A DNA stretch of 64,000 nucleotides, taken from Candidatus Kerfeldbacteria bacterium RIFCSPLOWO2_02_FULL_42_19 (GTDB taxonomy: Bacteria; Patescibacteriota; Patescibacteriia; HO2-48-17). The notes below the pieces were generated by a model. It was not told the origin of the DNA. It worked only from the letters and a program-made list of their open reading frames with translations, and did no database searches. Below, piece after piece: positions 37,719 to 48,382 of the stretch. Position 1 is the stretch's first letter. Each line of letters begins with the position of its first letter. Made by a program: the position numbers and the translations under genes. The DNA lies in assembly GCA_001818315.1 (NCBI GenBank), contig MHKF01000001.1, forward strand, positions 2,869 to 66,868, written 5' to 3'.

Positions 37719-39389
37719 ATGAAGGAAATATTTTCACAATTTCTCGAAGAGGCGATAGAAAAACTACAGAAAGAAAAAATTTGGCCGGTATTTGCATTGC
37801 CGGTGATTGAACTTTCGTATCCGACACATAAAGAACACGGAGATGTGTCTTCAAATATCGCTTTACGATTGAGTAAAGTACTGAAAATGTCGCCGATGCA
37901 TATTGGCGAACAACTCGCGCGTCTCTTACAAAAAAATACAGCATTGCAAGACGTATGTGATAGAGTTGCCCTCATTCCGCCAGGATTTCTCAATTTCCAT
38001 TTCAATACTGCAATCGTCATGCAAGAACTCGGCCGTATACTTGATGCGAAAAAGACCTTCGGTTCCAGTAAAATTGGTCGTGGCAAACGAGTCACTGTGG
38101 AATTTATTTCTGCTAATCCTACAGGCCCCTTAACGCTGCCAAATGCTCGCGGCGGTTTTGCAGGCGATACGCTGGCAAACGTTTTGCGAATGCAAGGATA
38201 TGCAGTCAAAAAAGAATACTACATTAACGATATCGGTAATCAAATCGATCTCTTAGCTGAGTCAGTAGTAAGGCGATATCTCCAAAGTAAAGGCATAAGC
38301 GTTGAATATCCAGAGCATCTCTATCAAGGAGAATATATTCACGATATAGCGCGACAACTGAAGTTAAAAATCACTCGAGCACAACTTGAGCAAGAAGATG
38401 CGATTCGCAAAATTGCAGAAACAATACGAGACGAAGTACTCACAATGAGTATTCACGATATCCAGCGCGTGATAAAAGAAAAAATGGGGATTCAATATCA
38501 CTATTGGTTTCGCGAAAGTTCCTTATATACAAAAATCAATCTCAAAAGTTTCCTTCAACAACTCGAAAAAGACGGATTAGTGTATAAACAAGATGAAGCG
38601 TTCTGGTTTGCGACAAAAAAATTCGGTGATGATAAAGATCGTGTGATCGTAAAGATGAATGGAGCACAAACTTATTTTCTCTCCGACATTCTGTATCTCC
38701 GTAAGCGATTGATCGTTGATACATACGATCGCAAAATTCTCTTTCTTGGCGCTGATCATCATGGGTATGTCAAGCGATTTCAGGCAGTTGCCAAAGCTTT
38801 TGGAGCAGCTGGAAAACTCGATATCGTGATTATGCAAATGGCAAAGCTCCTTAAAGACGGGAAAGAGGTTCGTATGTCAAAACGCAAAGGAACATTTGTC
38901 ACTATCGAAGAAGTCATCGATGAAGTAGGAACAGATGTTGCGCGGTTTTTCTTTCTGATGTATGCATCGGATACGCATCTGGATTTCAACATGAATCTTG
39001 CAAAGGAGCAATCAGAAAAGAATCCGGTGTATTATGTTCAATATGCTTTTGTGCGGATTGCAAGTATTGAACGGGAGTTGAAAAAACGTTTCGCGCGCCT
39101 TAAAAGAAGTGAAATAAAAACAATGACGCACGAAGCAGAAAAAGAACTTGTAAAAAAATTGAGTGAGTTACCGGAGATTATGCAGGAAGTTTCAAAAAGT
39201 TACGAACTCCATCTCCTTCCACTCTACGCCATCAGTGTGGCAAAAGCGTTCCATAATTTTTATACTCAATGTCGTGTAATTGAAGATACGGGAGTGAATG
39301 TAATTCGCGCGTACATCTTGCAAGCTACAAAACAAGTGTTACGTACGGTACTTGAAACCATGGGCGTGACAACTCCAGAAAAAATGTAA
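37719..39389 (+). CDS. argS: Arginyl-tRNA synthetase paralog 2 (HIGH motif replaced by TLPN)
   Basis: Canonical Arg_tRNA_synt_N region, [24 protein letters not shown] (cf. [20 protein letters not shown]), RMSKRKG, DALR region [20 protein letters not shown]. Confidence 0.8.
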   Translation: [556 protein letters not shown]

Positions 39390-39390
39390 T

Positions 39391-40575
39391 ATGCGTATTG
39401 GCATCGATTGTAGGCAGATATGGAATCCGGAAAAATATGAAGGTGCCGGAGTTGCGCACTACCTCTTTTTTTTGTTAAAAAGTCTTGCGAAAATTGATCA
39501 GCAAAACGACTATTTTTTATTTTTTAAGAGGGGATACGACACAACTCAACTCACTTTCCTCACATCAAACTATCATAGAATGACGTGGAATCCTTCACAT
39601 GGAAACAGGTTGGTAAAATTCGTGGAACAGGTGCATTGGAGAAGTGCTCTAAAAAAGATGAAGCTCGATGTTTTTCATAGCCCTGCGTACACCCTTCCAT
39701 TATGGTATACAGGAGCATCGATAGTGACCGTGCATGATCTCGCTATTTACACACATCCCGAATGGTTTCCAGAACAACAATGGTTGAGTACGAAAGTCCT
39801 CGTTCCGCGGAGTATCAAAAAAGCCACACATATTATCGCCGTTTCCGATACAACAAAAAAAGAAATTGAAGAACGTTTTCACATCCCTTCCGAGCGGATC
39901 GGCGTGATATACGAAGGAGTGTTAAGTACGAAAGATTTTTCTGGAATTTCTGTGGGTGAGCAGCAAACCTTCGACAAAAAGCATGAGCCACAACAAGAGA
40001 GTATTCAAACATTACTCGAACATATCAAAGATCAAAAATACATTCTCAGTGTCAATACGCTGGAACCGCGAAAAAATATGACGCGGCTCATTCAGGCTTT
40101 CGAGCACATGCAACACTCGCATCCCGAACCCCTGCATTTCATTATAGCAGGGAGCTTAGGATGGAAGTATGAAGAAATTTTTCGTGCCATGAAAAACTCC
40201 CCATGTAAGCAGCGTATCCATTATGTCGGTTACATAACACAGGAAGAAAAATATACATTACTGAGAAACGCTGTTGTGTTTGTATGTGTGAGTCTCTGGG
40301 AAGGTTTCGGGCTCAGCAACCTCGAGGCAATGTCCTGTGACACACCTGTACTTGCATCCCATATACCAGCGTTTCGAGAAGTCCTTGGTGATGCAGCCTA
40401 TTTCGTCGATCCGTATGATGTAAAGGCGATAGCACAGGGTTTGCAAGAACTTCTCACGAATACCAAACTTCGAAGGCGTTATCAACAATTCGGTAAAAAA
40501 CGAACACAGGAATTCAGTTGGCAACAATGCGCAGAACAGACGTTGAGAATTTATAATGTATGTCGCGATCAATAG
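39391..40575 (+). CDS. Glycosyltransferase, GT-B fold (GT4-like family 1)
   Basis: C-terminal EPRKN..., EGFGLSNLEAMSCDTPVLAS, typical GT1 nucleotide-sugar-binding motif. Confidence 0.75.
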   Translation: MRIGIDCRQIWNPEKYEGAGVAHYLFFLLKSLAKIDQQNDYFLFFKRGYDTTQLTFLTSNYHRMTWNPSHGNRLVKFVEQVHWRSALKKMKLDVFHSPAYTLPLWYTGASIVTVHDLAIYTHPEWFPEQQWLSTKVLVPRSIKKATHIIAVSDTTKKEIEERFHIPSERIGVIYEGVLSTKDFSGISVGEQQTFDKKHEPQQESIQTLLEHIKDQKYILSVNTLEPRKNMTRLIQAFEHMQHSHPEPLHFIIAGSLGWKYEEIFRAMKNSPCKQRIHYVGYITQEEKYTLLRNAVVFVCVSLWEGFGLSNLEAMSCDTPVLASHIPAFREVLGDAAYFVDPYDVKAIAQGLQELLTNTKLRRRYQQFGKKRTQEFSWQQCAEQTLRIYNVCRDQ

Positions 40576-40736
40576 TTTGACGTTGCGGGGTGATGATCCA
40601 CCAACACTTGGTGAATAGGGTATTGATAGTTGTTCTTAGTATTGGAAATAGTTTTTGGATTTTAGTGAGACGGATCACTTCGTGAGAATAGAGAAATTGA
40701 CCGTATACAGTAGACGTAATACAATCGAGAAGACGT

Positions 40737-41510
40737 ATGCAATCACAGGAACTTACGATCCTCAACACATATGACGAAGCCCTTGCGGGTGAACTGTGGC
40801 TTCCTCTGGGACAACAAAAGTCAAAGACTTTGATTTTAGCGCATGCTTTCAGCGGCGATCGTCATGAATCAGGGGAAAATTTTTTGTTTGATTTTTTTCG
40901 AGATCGACTCTTGGAAGAAGGCATTGGCGTATGCCAGTTCGATTTTTCTGGTTGCGGAAAAAGCGAAGGCAATTTTCGGAATACCAGCATCACGAAACGT
41001 GCGCAAGATTTAGCAGCGGTCATCGAAACGATTCGTTCGCGTCCTGACGTTCGATCAGATCACGTGGGGGTTTTGGGCCGTTCCATAGGAGCACTCGCAA
41101 CGCTTGCGAGGGGAGCTGAAGGAATTAAAACGCTTATTCTCTTAGCCACATTTACTCATGCATTCGAGGTATTCCAAAAGCTTTTTCAAAACGAAGGGAC
41201 CTATAACCCAGATGGTATTTCGACACTGAAAGGTGGAGAAAAAGTTTTACAGGTTGGTCCGATATTATGGCAGGATGCCGAAAAATATTCATTTGAACAG
41301 ATTGTCCAATCGCTTTACATTCCCATCTTGTTTGTGCAAGGCGCTCAAGATACGCTCACTCCTTTATCCGAAGTAGAACCTTTGTATCATCAGGCGAATG
41401 AACCAAAAGCGCTCAAAATCATCCCGAAAGCAGGGCATGGATTTGAAACAGAACAAGCTCGCAGTAATCTGATAGAAATCATTTTGGCGTGGGTCGGAAA
41501 ATATTTGTAA
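40737..41510 (+). CDS. Alpha/beta-fold hydrolase (dienelactone-hydrolase/BAAT-like)
   Basis: LILAHAFSGD, GRSIGA nucleophile elbow, C-terminal KAGHGF. Confidence 0.6.
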   Translation: MQSQELTILNTYDEALAGELWLPLGQQKSKTLILAHAFSGDRHESGENFLFDFFRDRLLEEGIGVCQFDFSGCGKSEGNFRNTSITKRAQDLAAVIETIRSRPDVRSDHVGVLGRSIGALATLARGAEGIKTLILLATFTHAFEVFQKLFQNEGTYNPDGISTLKGGEKVLQVGPILWQDAEKYSFEQIVQSLYIPILFVQGAQDTLTPLSEVEPLYHQANEPKALKIIPKAGHGFETEQARSNLIEIILAWVGKYL

Positions 41511-41532
41511 TTTTTTAAAATCATAATAATCC

Positions 41533-44500
41533 ATGAGTACGATTTCGTTTCCAAAAAAAGAAGAAGAAATACTCGCCTTCTGGGAAAAGCACAAGATATT
41601 CAAAAAATCACTCGAAAAACCTTCGCCACGAGGAAATTTTGTATTTTACGAAGGCCCGCCAACAGCGAACGGCAAACCCGCTTTGCATCATGTGCTCGCA
41701 CGGGCATTTAAAGATGTCATTCCACGCTTTAAAACTATGCAAGGGTATAAGGTTGTACGACGCGGTGGCTGGGATACACACGGTTTACCGGTGGAACTCC
41801 AAATCGAAAAACAACTTGGGATTACCAGAAAACAAGAGATAGAAGCCCTCCAAGTAACCTCATTTGAAAGTATCAAATATTTTAACGAATTGTGTCGCAA
41901 AAGCGTGTGGGAATACAAAGAAGATTGGGAAAAACTCACGAAGCGCATGGGTTTTTGGTTGGATTTGGACAACGCATATATTACCTGCACGAATGAATAT
42001 ATAGAAAGTCTCTGGTGGATACTCTGGCAAGCATGGAAAAGTCGAGATCAAAAAGGTAACGCGTTACTGTTTCAAGGTTATAAAGTTGTGCCTTTCTGCA
42101 CACGCTGCGGCACAGCACTTTCTTCACATGAACTTGCGCAAGGATACAAAAGTGTGAGCGAAACCAGTGTGTATATGAAATTTCCGCTGCAAGATTCACA
42201 CAATACATTTTTTCTTTCCTGGACAACAACTCCGTGGACATTACCAGGAAATGTTGCGCTCGCAGTGGGAAAGGATATGCAGTATGTCAAGGTTCGGCAA
42301 GGTACGGAACACTTCATTCTTTCAAAAAATCGTCTGCAAGTTTTAGAAGGAGAGTATACGATAGAGGAAGAATACACGGGAAAAGAACTCTTGGGTAAAA
42401 AATATAAACCTCTTTTTACAATTCCGAGTTTCTTACAATATCAAAAGAACGCACAGCACCGGATGTACGAAATTGTTGAAGCTGATTTTGTAACGGATCA
42501 GGAAGGAACTGGAATTGTTCATACTGCAGTGATGTACGGCGAAGATGATTACAATTTAGGAGAGCAATTAGGGTTACCGAAACATCATACTGTATTAGAA
42601 AGCGGTCGGTTTACTGATGAAGTGCAAGATGTCGCAGGAATGTATGTCAAATCCCCAGAAGCTTCAAAAATATTATTGGAAAATCTGGCGAGTCAAAACC
42701 TCTCCTATAAGCAAGAACTTTATAAACACGATTATCCATTCTGTTGGCGTTGCGATACCTCACTCATTTACTATGCGCGAAATTCTTGGTTCATACGAAT
42801 GAGTGCCTTACGTGAAGAAATCAAAATGAATAATGAAGCCGTTCATTGGATTCCAGAGCATATAAAAGAAGGTCGTTTTGGAGAATGGCTCGAAGGAGTC
42901 AAAGATTGGGCTATTTCTCGCGAACGATATTGGGGAACGCCACTACCTATTTGGAAGTGTGAAAATACCAAGTGTGCGGCGCATCAATTTTTGGATGGTC
43001 ACGATAATCTGCCGGCAAGCATACAGAAAATTCGTAGAGAACTGCAAAAAAAAGGATATCCACAGGATTATCATCGGCCGTATATCGATATGGTGAAGTT
43101 TCCGTGCGTTCAATGCGGTGGAACAACTCGTAGAGTGTCTGAAGTCATCGACGTTTGGTTTGATTCCGGCGGCATGCCGTTTGCGCAATGGCATTATCCA
43201 TTTGAAAAAAGAAATTATATCGAAGAGGGTATACAATATCCGGCAGATTATATCGCAGAAGCTATCGATCAAACACGCGGTTGGTTTTATACACTTCTTG
43301 CGATCGCTACTTTTTTAAAACATACGAGAGCCATTACAAACGGCGTTGTCTATAAAAACGTAATTTCACTTGGACATATTTTGGATAAACATGGGAAGAA
43401 AATGTCCAAATCGAAGGGGAATGTTATTGATCCATGGGATATTATGAACATCTATGGTGTGGATGCATTGCGTTTTCATTTATTTACGATGTCACAACCC
43501 GGAGAACCAAAGCGATTTGATCCTGAAGACGTTAAAAAAGTGGTGCAAAAATATTGGCTCATTCTTTGGAATGTTGTCCGATTCTATACGATGTTTAGAA
43601 AAGAACAAGAGCAGGATTCACAATTGGAAATAAAAGACCAAACAGATCCTGTGCATACACAAACAAATGCTTCGATAGACGACACTGAATGGCCAAAAAC
43701 CAAAAATATTATGGATCGCTGGCTTCTTGTAAAGTTGAATACATTAATTGTACAGGTCACCAATGGACTCGAAACATATCAAATCACTGAATCAGCACGC
43801 GCCATCGGTATTTTTATTACGGAACTTTCAAAATGGTATCTACGCAGAAGTCGGGAACGATTCAAATCAGATCAAAGAACTGTGAAGGATGAAGCAATGA
43901 ATACACTCCGGTATACATTGTTACAACTTGCAAAACTTATGGCGCCACTGACGCCCTTTCTTGCCGACGCTTTGTATCAAGAAGTAAACAACTTACAAAA
44001 TTCGGTTCATCTTGATGTATGGCCTGTATCTCATAGGCCTGTAAAAGAGGATGAAAAAATACTTGCGCAAATGGAAAGCGTGCGGGACTTAGTAGAAGCT
44101 GGACTCGCAGAAAGAGAAAAACGAGGTATAAAATTACGCCAGCCGCTTGCGAAGGCAATGATTACAAAAAGATTGCATAGAGAATTTCTTGACATACTCT
44201 CGGAAGAACTTAATGTTGAAAAAGTTGAAATTTCTGAAAAGCTTTCAGCGACAAGGCAGAAGCACAAAGAAAATGCAGATGCGGGGAAGCAGATGTTCGA
44301 AACAAGACTCATACATCTTGATACAACACTGACGCCAGAACTCAAAGCAAAGGGACTGTTACGAGATTTGATACGGCAAGTAAATGCAGCAAGAAAAAAG
44401 GCTGGTTTCAGCATAAAAAATATTGTCCAAGTTGAATATCAAACAGACAACCAGGGATTAAAGAATGTCATTGAAACATATGAAAGACAGTTATTGCATG

Positions 44501-44610
44501 GGACGTTGAGCGCAAGTTGGAAAGAAATCAAAATACAAGATTCGGAAGGAATGTATTGTTTCTCTTGCATAGTAAACGACATACCAATAGTGTTCGCGTT
44601 TAAGAGATAG
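41533..44610 (+). CDS. ileS: Isoleucyl-tRNA synthetase (type 2, archaeal/eukaryote-like)
   Basis: PPTANGKPALHHV, WCWRCDTSLIY editing/Zn region, KMSKSKGN; 1025 aa. Confidence 0.9.
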   Translation: MSTISFPKKEEEILAFWEKHKIFKKSLEKPSPRGNFVFYEGPPTANGKPALHHVLARAFKDVIPRFKTMQGYKVVRRGGWDTHGLPVELQIEKQLGITRKQEIEALQVTSFESIKYFNELCRKSVWEYKEDWEKLTKRMGFWLDLDNAYITCTNEYIESLWWILWQAWKSRDQKGNALLFQGYKVVPFCTRCGTALSSHELAQGYKSVSETSVYMKFPLQDSHNTFFLSWTTTPWTLPGNVALAVGKDMQYVKVRQGTEHFILSKNRLQVLEGEYTIEEEYTGKELLGKKYKPLFTIPSFLQYQKNAQHRMYEIVEADFVTDQEGTGIVHTAVMYGEDDYNLGEQLGLPKHHTVLESGRFTDEVQDVAGMYVKSPEASKILLENLASQNLSYKQELYKHDYPFCWRCDTSLIYYARNSWFIRMSALREEIKMNNEAVHWIPEHIKEGRFGEWLEGVKDWAISRERYWGTPLPIWKCENTKCAAHQFLDGHDNLPASIQKIRRELQKKGYPQDYHRPYIDMVKFPCVQCGGTTRRVSEVIDVWFDSGGMPFAQWHYPFEKRNYIEEGIQYPADYIAEAIDQTRGWFYTLLAIATFLKHTRAITNGVVYKNVISLGHILDKHGKKMSKSKGNVIDPWDIMNIYGVDALRFHLFTMSQPGEPKRFDPEDVKKVVQKYWLILWNVVRFYTMFRKEQEQDSQLEIKDQTDPVHTQTNASIDDTEWPKTKNIMDRWLLVKLNTLIVQVTNGLETYQITESARAIGIFITELSKWYLRRSRERFKSDQRTVKDEAMNTLRYTLLQLAKLMAPLTPFLADALYQEVNNLQNSVHLDVWPVSHRPVKEDEKILAQMESVRDLVEAGLAEREKRGIKLRQPLAKAMITKRLHREFLDILSEELNVEKVEISEKLSATRQKHKENADAGKQMFETRLIHLDTTLTPELKAKGLLRDLIRQVNAARKKAGFSIKNIVQVEYQTDNQGLKNVIETYERQLLHGTLSASWKEIKIQDSEGMYCFSCIVNDIPIVFAFKR

Positions 44611-44619
44611 TTTACTGAC

Positions 44620-45390
44620 ATGTCGCATTACACTATCAAATTACTTTGTCTCAATCTTTGGCAAGGAGGGAAATTTTTTGAGAAAATTTTTGATTTTCTT
44701 GATGAAGTAAATCCAGATATTCTTGCGCTGCAGGAAGTCTATAATGAAAAGGATATACAATTACCAAAACGTCTTCGATCTATTGATGTGTTACAAAAAC
44801 ATGGAAATTACCCTTACGCATATTTTTCGCCAGCACTCAAGTGGAACGTTGAGGGTAGAATTCTTGAACAGGGTAATGCTGTTTTGACTCGCATACCTCA
44901 GAAAGAACAACACACGTATTTTTACGATATTCCATATCATCCGAATTATGTCGAAAAAATTGGGAAATATGAAGATGTGTCACGTAATCTACAGCATATT
45001 GTTTGCGAAATCGACAATGTAAAATTTCACATCGTGAACACACACGGTATCTGGGGACAAGATGGTGAAGATAATCCAGCGCGTTTACGTATGAGCAATT
45101 CTATTGTTCAGATCATAAAGAGACATAAAAATCTCGTATTGTGTGGCGACTTCAATGTGAAAGTCAACACACAGGCAATACGAAATATCGAAAAATTTCT
45201 GCAGAACATTTTTAAAGATGAACTCACCACAAGCTTTAATATGCGACATAAAGATAATCCTGGATATGCCACGGCAGTTGTGGATATTATGCTCGTGAGT
45301 CCTGATGTTAAAGTCATTGCGCATAGTTGTCCGGATGTGGATATTTCAGATCATTATCCACTCCTCGCGACTTTGCAATTTCAAGCATGA
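44620..45390 (+). CDS. Endonuclease/exonuclease/phosphatase (EEP) family protein
   Basis: LLCLNLWQGG...ILALQEV...NTHG...CGDFN...DHYP catalytic pattern. Confidence 0.7.
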   Translation: MSHYTIKLLCLNLWQGGKFFEKIFDFLDEVNPDILALQEVYNEKDIQLPKRLRSIDVLQKHGNYPYAYFSPALKWNVEGRILEQGNAVLTRIPQKEQHTYFYDIPYHPNYVEKIGKYEDVSRNLQHIVCEIDNVKFHIVNTHGIWGQDGEDNPARLRMSNSIVQIIKRHKNLVLCGDFNVKVNTQAIRNIEKFLQNIFKDELTTSFNMRHKDNPGYATAVVDIMLVSPDVKVIAHSCPDVDISDHYPLLATLQFQA

Positions 45391-45438
45391 AAAAGGACTA
45401 ATCTCCGCTGTGGTATTTAACGATACATCGTTTTTCAT

Positions 45439-46146
45439 ATGACTACCTTCAAGAAAATCACGGCAGAATTTCGGAAGCACACCAACAAAAGCCGCGCAAA
45501 AACAAACGCATGGTTTTTTAAAACTGGAAAAGGCGAATACGGCGAAGGAGATAAATTTTTGGGACTGACAGTTCCAGAGCAACGGAAGATTGCAAAAAAA
45601 TTTGCGGCCGTTTTGGGATTGAAAGAAATCGAACGACTTTTACGAAGTCCCTATCACGAATATCGTCTCACCGCACTTTTTATGTTGGTCCTTCGGTATC
45701 AAAAGAAATTAGGAGCACAAAAAACGATTTATCAAATATTTATTCGTAACGCTGCTTATATCAATAATTGGGATCTTGTAGATAGTTCAGCGCCATATAT
45801 TTTAGGTGATTATTTATACCGTCGTGACAAAAAAGTTCTCTATCGCTTTGCGCATGCACGAAATCTTTGGAAAAAGCGTATTGCAATGCTTGCGACTTAT
45901 GGATTTATAAAAAATAACGAGTTTGAAGATGCGCTCGCTATCGCAAAGATACTTCTTGCTGATGCTCACGATCTCATTCATAAGGCAGTTGGTTGGATGT
46001 TGCGAGAAATTGGAAACAGAAATCAGCAGGTCGAAGAAGCATTTTTAAAAAAGTTTTGCAAAAAAATACCCCGAACAGCTCTTCGATACGCTCTGGAGAA
46101 GTTTCCACAACAAAAGAGAGAAGCATATCTGAAAAGGAATATGTAG
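45439..46146 (+). CDS. DNA alkylation repair protein (AlkD/AlkC-like HEAT-repeat glycosylase family)
   Basis: ...FFKTGKGEYGEGDKFLGLTVPEQRKIAKKF...NWDLVDSSAPYILG...RIAM... matches the PF08713 pattern. Confidence 0.65.
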   Translation: MTTFKKITAEFRKHTNKSRAKTNAWFFKTGKGEYGEGDKFLGLTVPEQRKIAKKFAAVLGLKEIERLLRSPYHEYRLTALFMLVLRYQKKLGAQKTIYQIFIRNAAYINNWDLVDSSAPYILGDYLYRRDKKVLYRFAHARNLWKKRIAMLATYGFIKNNEFEDALAIAKILLADAHDLIHKAVGWMLREIGNRNQQVEEAFLKKFCKKIPRTALRYALEKFPQQKREAYLKRNM

Positions 46147-46322
46147 AAAAAGAGAATGTAGAAAATGTAGAAATTGAATTCAGAAAAACAATTATAAACA
46201 ACCTCCGAATAGATATTGAAGAATCCCTACAATAATGAACCTAAAATAACGGAAAAGATGAAAAAAGTAAATAGCTTTTTGCTTGTTCGAAACATAATTT
46301 CTGAGTACAATGAAACCATACT

Positions 46323-47537
46323 ATGAAAATCGAAACTGATCCAAAAAAAATTAGCGAAATACTTACGCGCAGCATTGCCGACATTCTCCCGAGTAAAGAA
46401 GGTTTACGCACGTTACTATGTTCTGGACAACAACTTCGATTGTACATAGGTGCGGATGCAACAGGACCGGCGCTGCACCTCGGGCACGCAACAAACTACC
46501 AGTTACTGGAACGACTGCGAAAACTCGGACACAAAATTTTTATCCTCATTGGCGATTTTACGGCACGTATCGGTGATCCGACCGATCGCACGGCTACGCG
46601 TAAACAGCTCACCCGAGACGAAGTGAAAAAAAATGTAAAAACATGGAAAAAACAACTCGAACCCATTATCGATTTCAAAACAAAAAACAATCCAGCAGAA
46701 ATTGTTTATAATCACACATGGCTCTCCAAATTGACATTTGAGGATGTGATAGAGTTAGCGTCAAATTTTACAGTGCAACAGATGCTTGAGCGTGATATGT
46801 TTCAAAAACGTATCAAAGAGGAAAAACCAATTTACGTACATGAGTTTTTTTATCCTCTCATGCAAGGTTACGATAGCGTTATGCTTGATGTTGATGTGGA
46901 AGTGTGCGGCACGGATCAAACATTTAACGCGCTCGCGGGTCGGACACTGATGAAAAAAATAAAAAATAAAGAAAAGTACGTCGTAACAACAACCCTCCTC
47001 GAAAACCCGATGACTGGAATAAAAATGATGTCGAAAAGTGCAGGGACCGGTGTATTTCTCACTGATACAGCAGCGAATATGTACGGAAAAATTATGGCGC
47101 AGCCCGATGAAAATATGATTCAGCTTTTTGTGGATTGCACGTACGTATCTTTGCCTGAGATTGAAGATATAAAAAACACACTCGTGACCAATGCCGTGAA
47201 TCCTCGCGACGTGAAAATGCGACTTGCTTACGAAATCACTCGCATGTATCATGGAGAAAAATTCGCAAAAAAGGCAGAGCAAGATTTCGTGAAAGTCTTT
47301 CAAAAACGCGAGACGCCACAGCACATACCGGAAAAGACATTGAAAGTTTCCGCGAATCTTTTGGAAAGTCTTGTGTTGACTGGACTCGCGCCAAGCAAAT
47401 CGGAAGCACGACGGCTGCTGCAACACAATGCCGTAAAACTCAACAATTTGAAGGTTAATAATCCCGAACTACGTATGCACGATGGAGATGAAATTCGCGT
47501 TGGCAAACGCAAGTGGGTCAAAATTCATCTAGCCTAG
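46323..47537 (+). CDS. tyrS: Tyrosyl-tRNA synthetase
   Basis: YIGADATGPALHLGHATNY (HIGH), KMMSKSAG (KMSKS), C-terminal S4-like domain. Confidence 0.9.
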   Translation: MKIETDPKKISEILTRSIADILPSKEGLRTLLCSGQQLRLYIGADATGPALHLGHATNYQLLERLRKLGHKIFILIGDFTARIGDPTDRTATRKQLTRDEVKKNVKTWKKQLEPIIDFKTKNNPAEIVYNHTWLSKLTFEDVIELASNFTVQQMLERDMFQKRIKEEKPIYVHEFFYPLMQGYDSVMLDVDVEVCGTDQTFNALAGRTLMKKIKNKEKYVVTTTLLENPMTGIKMMSKSAGTGVFLTDTAANMYGKIMAQPDENMIQLFVDCTYVSLPEIEDIKNTLVTNAVNPRDVKMRLAYEITRMYHGEKFAKKAEQDFVKVFQKRETPQHIPEKTLKVSANLLESLVLTGLAPSKSEARRLLQHNAVKLNNLKVNNPELRMHDGDEIRVGKRKWVKIHLA

Positions 47538-47539
47538 AT

Positions 47540-48307
47540 ATGGCTACATGGAAGACTGAGGGTTTTGTATTGAAACGCGTACCTTGGAAAGAATACGATG
47601 GTCTCTATACATTGTACACACGCGAAAATGGCAAAATTATTGTGCGAGCGCAGGGGATTCGAAAAATTACAAGTAAACTCGCAGGTCATTGTGAACCGTT
47701 CATGAAATCAAATTTCCTGCTTGCACAAGGAAAGTATTGGGATCAACTCGCAGGCAGTCAAATTCGAGAAGCATATCCAACATTACGCACGATACTTTCT
47801 CATCTCCGCACAGCACAATCACTCACACACAGTTTAGATACACTTACGCAAGAAGCACAGTCTGATGTGCGTATTTACGAGCTTCTTGGAGACGCGTTCA
47901 ATTTTTTAAACACAATAGAAAAAGCCGCCGGCACAATTTGGTGTTTTGCATACACATGGCGATGGAAACTGATAGCATATCTTGGATATGCGCCGGCACT
48001 CGACCAATGCGTAGCACACAAGCATATATTTCGCGGACAACATTTTTTTGACATCCAACACGGTGGAATTGTTTGCCAAAAACATATCAACGTAAGTCAC
48101 TCCATCGCCATCACCAAAACAACACTCATGCTTCTCGAAAAAGCACTCCAATACCCCTTCCAAGCAATGCAAAAAGAAAAAGCGACTCAACAAGAATGGG
48201 AACTCTTTGGGCGCATTATTGATCGATTTACAGGATATCACGTGCCAGGTCATCGCAAGAATAGAAGTACCTATCAACAATTGCATAAGCATCAACTCTA
48301 CGTATAG
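47540..48307 (+). CDS. recO: DNA repair protein RecO
   Basis: EGFVLKRVPWKEYDGLYTLYTRENGKIIVRAQGIRKITSKLAGHCEPF (RecO OB-fold N-domain) plus a Cys/His-containing C-terminal part. Start at the internal ATG just after the tyrS stop. Confidence 0.7.
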   Translation: MATWKTEGFVLKRVPWKEYDGLYTLYTRENGKIIVRAQGIRKITSKLAGHCEPFMKSNFLLAQGKYWDQLAGSQIREAYPTLRTILSHLRTAQSLTHSLDTLTQEAQSDVRIYELLGDAFNFLNTIEKAAGTIWCFAYTWRWKLIAYLGYAPALDQCVAHKHIFRGQHFFDIQHGGIVCQKHINVSHSIAITKTTLMLLEKALQYPFQAMQKEKATQQEWELFGRIIDRFTGYHVPGHRKNRSTYQQLHKHQLYV

Positions 48308-48382
48308 ATAACATATTTTGCGCAATTTTGTTATAATAAAAAATAACGAAGATTACAACACAATAAGTCCAAAAAGTACTGT

